This document shows, in pieces, positions 47,192-47,581 of a stretch of 47,581 bases of DNA. Source of the DNA: Nemertoderma westbladi. Its lineage: Eukaryota > Animalia > Xenacoelomorpha. Where the stretch lies: positions 1 through 47,581 of the forward strand of contig JAUCBJ010008342.1 in the NCBI GenBank assembly GCA_032718475.1, in the 5' to 3' direction. The notes under the pieces are model-generated. The model was not told where the DNA came from. It did no database searches and saw nothing but the letters and a program-made list of their open reading frames with translations. The translations under genes and the position numbers were made by a program. How positions within the stretch are numbered: position 1 is the first letter of the stretch; each line of letters opens with the position of its first letter.

Positions 47192-47581
47192 CCAATTACG
47201 TTTGTTTTCCCGAGTTTTGTAAAGTCGTTCGAACGAGTTTGCAAAAGTCGGGGAAACAAACTTGATTGGGTGATTGTTGGTAGAGAAACCACTCCAGCCA
47301 ATTAGATTTGTTTCCCCGAGTTTTGTAAAGTCGTTCGAACGAGTTTACAAAAGTCGGGTGAACAAAAAAAAAAGATTACAAAAAACAAACTTTTGTTTTC
47401 CTGAGTTTTGTAAAGTCGTTCGAACGAGTTTGCAAAAGTCGGGGAAACAAACTTGATTGGATGTTTGTTGGTATAGAAACCACTCCAGCCAATTAGATTT
47501 GTTTCCCCGAGTTTTGGAAAGTCGTTCGAACGAGTTTACAAAAGTCGGGTGAACAAAAAAAAAAGATTACAAAAAACAAAC
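47192..47581 (-). repeat. Right TIR (incomplete at the window edge) with four palindromic units
   Basis: Reverse complement of the left TIR units. Confidence 0.9.

Larger units (their letters stand above)
42297..47581. mobile_element. IS3EU-like TIR DNA transposon with a DDE transposase and a HECT ligase gene; right end lies beyond the window
   Basis: Begins TATGGTGGCCCTGA exactly where H4 breaks; 42317-42650 is inverted at 47253-47581; two convergent genes inside. The superfamily name comes from recalled IS3EU features (TAY terminus, two proteins, IS3-like DDE), not from a search. Confidence 0.8.

Overview
AT-rich eukaryotic (most likely invertebrate animal) DNA made almost entirely of nested transposable elements; no ordinary host gene is evident. 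In order: a 5'-truncated LINE (APE endonuclease-RT, 1-1405, minus), a 17-bp satellite, a decayed Ty3/Gypsy pol fragment, and a MULE-like MITE (9-bp TSD). The MITE is split by a BEL/Pao LTR element (A, 6910-31444, TSD GGCGG), which is itself split by a sister element (B, 16994-29150, TSD ACCGC). Both BEL elements keep gag (B also the protease site), lack RT and integrase cores, and carry an extra 3' ORF region. Next come four non-autonomous Helitrons stacked into each other's 5' ends (33414-42296), built from 146-147-bp units that each carry a CTCF-like motif. Last is an IS3EU-like TIR transposon (42297 to beyond the window) encoding an intact DDE transposase and a convergent HECT E3-ligase gene. 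The most striking observation: the BEL/Pao elements have no tRNA primer-binding site. Instead, the 11 nt after the 5' LTR are complementary to an 11-mer inside the LTR, with compensatory changes between A and B, which suggests Tf1-like self-priming. All calls are from manual reading; no searches were run.
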